A DNA stretch of 64,000 nucleotides from Gammaproteobacteria bacterium (GTDB taxonomy: Bacteria; Pseudomonadota; Gammaproteobacteria; Steroidobacterales; PWYM01), in assembly GCA_007693855.1 (NCBI GenBank), contig RECU01000091.1, positions 1,955 to 65,954 on the forward strand. The letters are read 5' to 3'. The notes beneath the pieces were generated by a model, which was not told the DNA's origin, searched no databases, and was given only the letters and a program-made list of their open reading frames with translations. The translations under genes and the position numbers were made by a program. Positions within the stretch are counted from its first letter, which is position 1. Each line of letters opens with the position of its first letter. Below, one piece after another: positions 61,888 to 64,000 of this stretch.

Positions 61888-62358
61888 TCAGTGGACGATC
61901 GTGACCGGGCAGGTGGCATGGTGCAGCACCTTGCTGCTCACCCCGCCAATCAACAGTTCCCGCACCTCGGAGAGGCCGCGGTTACCCATCACGATCACCG
62001 CATTCCCCAGCTTGTCGACCTGTTCGAGAATGACCTGCGCCGGATCACCGGCGACCATCATCTGGCGGACCTCCAGGCCCTCGGGCAGGCGCTCGCGGGC
62101 CGCCTGGAACACGTGTTCGGCAAGCTCTCGGCGGACCTCTTCCTGCTCGCTTGTCCGCTTCGCTGCATCCTCCCTCGCCGCCGCCGGGTAGCCGAGTGCC
62201 TTCATCAGCTCCACCGGCCCCATCTGCGCCACGTGTAGCAGCAGAATCTGCAGATGGGCCGCCTGGGCGAGACTCGCCGCATAGTCCAGCGCCCGCAGCG
62301 CGTTCTCGGAACCGTCCACCGGGACGAGGATGTTGTGGTAGTGCTGCAGTGCCATCAC
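61888..62358 (-). CDS. universal stress protein
   Basis: 156 aa. NILVPVDGSENALRAL ... VIVMGNRGLSEVRELLIGGVSSKVLHHATCPVTIV. Confidence 0.85.
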   Translation of the reverse strand: MMALQHYHNILVPVDGSENALRALDYAASLAQAAHLQILLLHVAQMGPVELMKALGYPAAAREDAAKRTSEQEEVRRELAEHVFQAARERLPEGLEVRQMMVAGDPAQVILEQVDKLGNAVIVMGNRGLSEVRELLIGGVSSKVLHHATCPVTIVH

Positions 62359-62532
62359 GTGCCCTCCTGTGTCATCTCCTCCATGGTCGCGCGTGGGGCG
62401 CGGCCGTCAAGGTCGGAGATTGCGTATGGCGGCTCGGCTTTTCGCAGTTCCTCTCCAGCCCGGACGCAGGCGCTGCGCGCGCAACGGGCTATACTCCCAA
62501 GGCAGTCTGAGTGCGCGTTGGAGGGTAAAGTG

Positions 62533-62967
62533 ATGAAGTCCCGTATCTCGCTTTCCGCAGTGGTGCTGTTGGTGCTGTCGTTGACCATCACTGGGGTGCA
62601 CGCACAGCCGGCGGCAGACACCGCGGCCGCTCATGGCATCGAGTTGCCCGGGGAAACTGCAGCGCTGCTGCCGTTTCCTGCCGGCGTGACCGTGGGCGGG
62701 CAACGCACGATTCTGAATACGCGCTACGTCAACTTCACTTTTTCGGCACCCTGGCCTGAAGTGCTTGAGTTTTTCTCCACGCGCCTGGCGCGGGATGGTT
62801 GGGAGATCGTCAGCGAGGAACTGCCCGAACAGACCACCGGTGCGCGGCAGGCGGCGTGGCGGGTCAGCGGACACGGCGTTGATGTTTCGCTCTCGCTGGA
62901 GACTTTCGGCAGGCCTGAGGGTCAAAACAGCGTGGGTGTGCTACAGGTCCGACCGACGCGCGACTGA
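62533..62967 (+). CDS. secreted hypothetical protein
   Basis: In ORF 62254..62967. ATG at 62533 gives MKSRISLSAVVLLVLSLTITGVHAQP (signal peptide). Confidence 0.55.
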   Translation: MKSRISLSAVVLLVLSLTITGVHAQPAADTAAAHGIELPGETAALLPFPAGVTVGGQRTILNTRYVNFTFSAPWPEVLEFFSTRLARDGWEIVSEELPEQTTGARQAAWRVSGHGVDVSLSLETFGRPEGQNSVGVLQVRPTRD

Positions 62968-63004
62968 GCCTGCCTAGGCCCTGGCAGCGGGCGAGCAGCC
63001 GATA

Positions 63005-63490
63005 ATGACCGATGCACTCGAATATTTCTCTCCCCCGGCGCGTGACCGCCTCGGTCTCCTGAGTATCAATGCTCAGGACGGTTGCATCACAGCGATCGCA
63101 TTCGTGGCGCGAGAGGAACTTCCGGCCTGCCCCGATGCCGCGACGGCCCTCGCCTGTCGTCAGCTGGCGGAGTACTTCAATGGCTCGCGCACGGGCTTCG
63201 AGCTGCCGCTCTCGCCGCAGGGTACCGACTTCCAGCGCAGCGTCTGGTCAGTGCTAGCGACGATTCCTCACGGTGAGACCCGCAGCTATGGCGAGGTGGC
63301 CCGGCGGTTGGGTCGATCCGGTGCCCAGCGCGCGGTGGGCGCGGCGAATGGCCGGAATCCGATCGCCATCGTCATTCCGTGTCATCGCGTGATCGCGAGT
63401 GACGGCAGTCCAGGGGGGTACTCGGCGGGCGTGTGGCGCAAGCAATGGCTGCTGGCACACGAGGCTCAGGTGTCCGAGGTGCGCGCGTGA
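63005..63490 (+). CDS. ogt: methylated-DNA-protein-cysteine methyltransferase
   Basis: 161 aa. Active site IVIPCHRVI and the preceding HTH region TRSYGEVARRLG. Confidence 0.9.
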   Translation: MTDALEYFSPPARDRLGLLSINAQDGCITAIAFVAREELPACPDAATALACRQLAEYFNGSRTGFELPLSPQGTDFQRSVWSVLATIPHGETRSYGEVARRLGRSGAQRAVGAANGRNPIAIVIPCHRVIASDGSPGGYSAGVWRKQWLLAHEAQVSEVRA

Positions 63491-63517
63491 TCAGGCCATG
63501 TAGTGGCGCCAAAAAGC

Positions 63518-64000
63518 TCAGGACGCGGTGTACACCAGCGCCACGGCGGCCTCTGGGGCGTTGTTCAGAAACGTGAAGCTCGATTCGATGTACAGCTGCA
63601 CGCTGCGCGCATCGTGCTCGAGGTAACCTATCGAGAAGTCGCGACCCACGGTCAACTCGAAGTCGCCGCCGCGCATGGATAACGCAACGCTGCCGTTCAC
63701 GGCCGGCGCATAGACCAGCGGACCATCGACCAACTGACGCAGGTGTTCGAGCACCGGATAGCCCCCAACGTGCGTAGTACGACTTAGGCCGGCATAGCAG
63801 CGGGGCCCGAGGGCGATGGCGTAGGGTCCGTCGACCCCCTCGTCGCGCATCAGGCGGATGGCCTCGGCCGCAGCCTCGGGATAGCTGGTGTAATCGGCAG
63901 ACAGTGAGATGGGGGCGTGCGCTGAAGCGCTCCCGATGCCCGCAATCCCTGCGGGTTCGAAGCCGCTGAAGATCGCGCTGTCCTCTACCATGGCGGCTTG
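63518..64000 (-). CDS. family 1 encapsulin (linocin M18-like) shell protein, C-terminal about 160 aa (5' part beyond the window)
   Basis: The frame is open to the window edge. ...EDSAIFSGFEPAGIAGI...GVDGPYAIAL...MRGGDFELTVGRDFSIGYLEHDARSVQLYIESSFTFLNNAPEAAVAL is colinear with T. maritima encapsulin ([43 protein letters not shown], from memory). Confidence 0.8.
   Translation of the reverse strand, partial: QAAMVEDSAIFSGFEPAGIAGIGSASAHAPISLSADYTSYPEAAAEAIRLMRDEGVDGPYAIALGPRCYAGLSRTTHVGGYPVLEHLRQLVDGPLVYAPAVNGSVALSMRGGDFELTVGRDFSIGYLEHDARSVQLYIESSFTFLNNAPEAAVALVYTAS

Noticed and set aside
1-64000. Search by eye for CRISPR arrays, tRNA/rRNA genes and transposase/IS ends
   Set aside because: No regularly spaced direct repeats, cloverleaf-capable intergenic segments, rRNA-like stretches, transposase-like ORFs or terminal inverted repeats were seen. 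The intergenic regions are short and are accounted for above.

Overview
High-GC (hand counts about 65-68% in core genes) proteobacterial chromosome segment. The gene content looks gammaproteobacterial; any finer taxonomic guess would be speculation. I found no rRNA, tRNA or CRISPR array. About 70 genes can be supported.

Gene content in window order:
- 1-7949 (-): a tightly coupled arginine operon, argR-argG-X-argC-argD-argF'-argB-argH. It contains the acetyl/succinyl-ornithine type transcarbamylase and one unassigned P-loop gene (X).
- An esterase and a META-domain lipoprotein.
- tamA-tamB, an S9 peptidase, an NRDE protein, an acyltransferase, a nudC-like gene and rraA.
- An FlhC-like gene divergent from a two-repeat FlhD-like gene, outside any flagellar context.
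- A yadGH-like ABC-2 exporter.
- An OmpR-type two-component system next to a lower-GC islet (glycosyltransferase-like, FkbM methyltransferase, small membrane protein).
- A FakA/DegV fusion, gspA/gspB (exeAB), dinB, fadE and mdh.
- A YtrA-type GntR/ABC operon with a clear promoter and operator.
- An FGGY kinase.
- A NapC/NirT-like tetraheme cytochrome module immediately upstream of menFDHBAC, with menE convergent about 4 kb further on.
- Several SDR, SRPBCC and small membrane genes, uspA and ogt.
- The C-terminal part of an encapsulin shell gene at the right edge.

Most interesting observations:
- A decayed chromosomal integron sits between menC and the convergent hydrolase/menE unit. It has an intI remnant, an attI-like junction and two promoter-bearing higBA-type cassettes, each with an attC-like site.
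- The orphan FlhC/FlhD-like regulator pair.
- The uncharacterised P-loop gene translationally coupled inside the arginine operon, where an acetyl-handling step is missing.
- The cytochrome module adjacent to the menaquinone operon.

All family assignments come from reading the translations and from remembered motifs. No searches were run.
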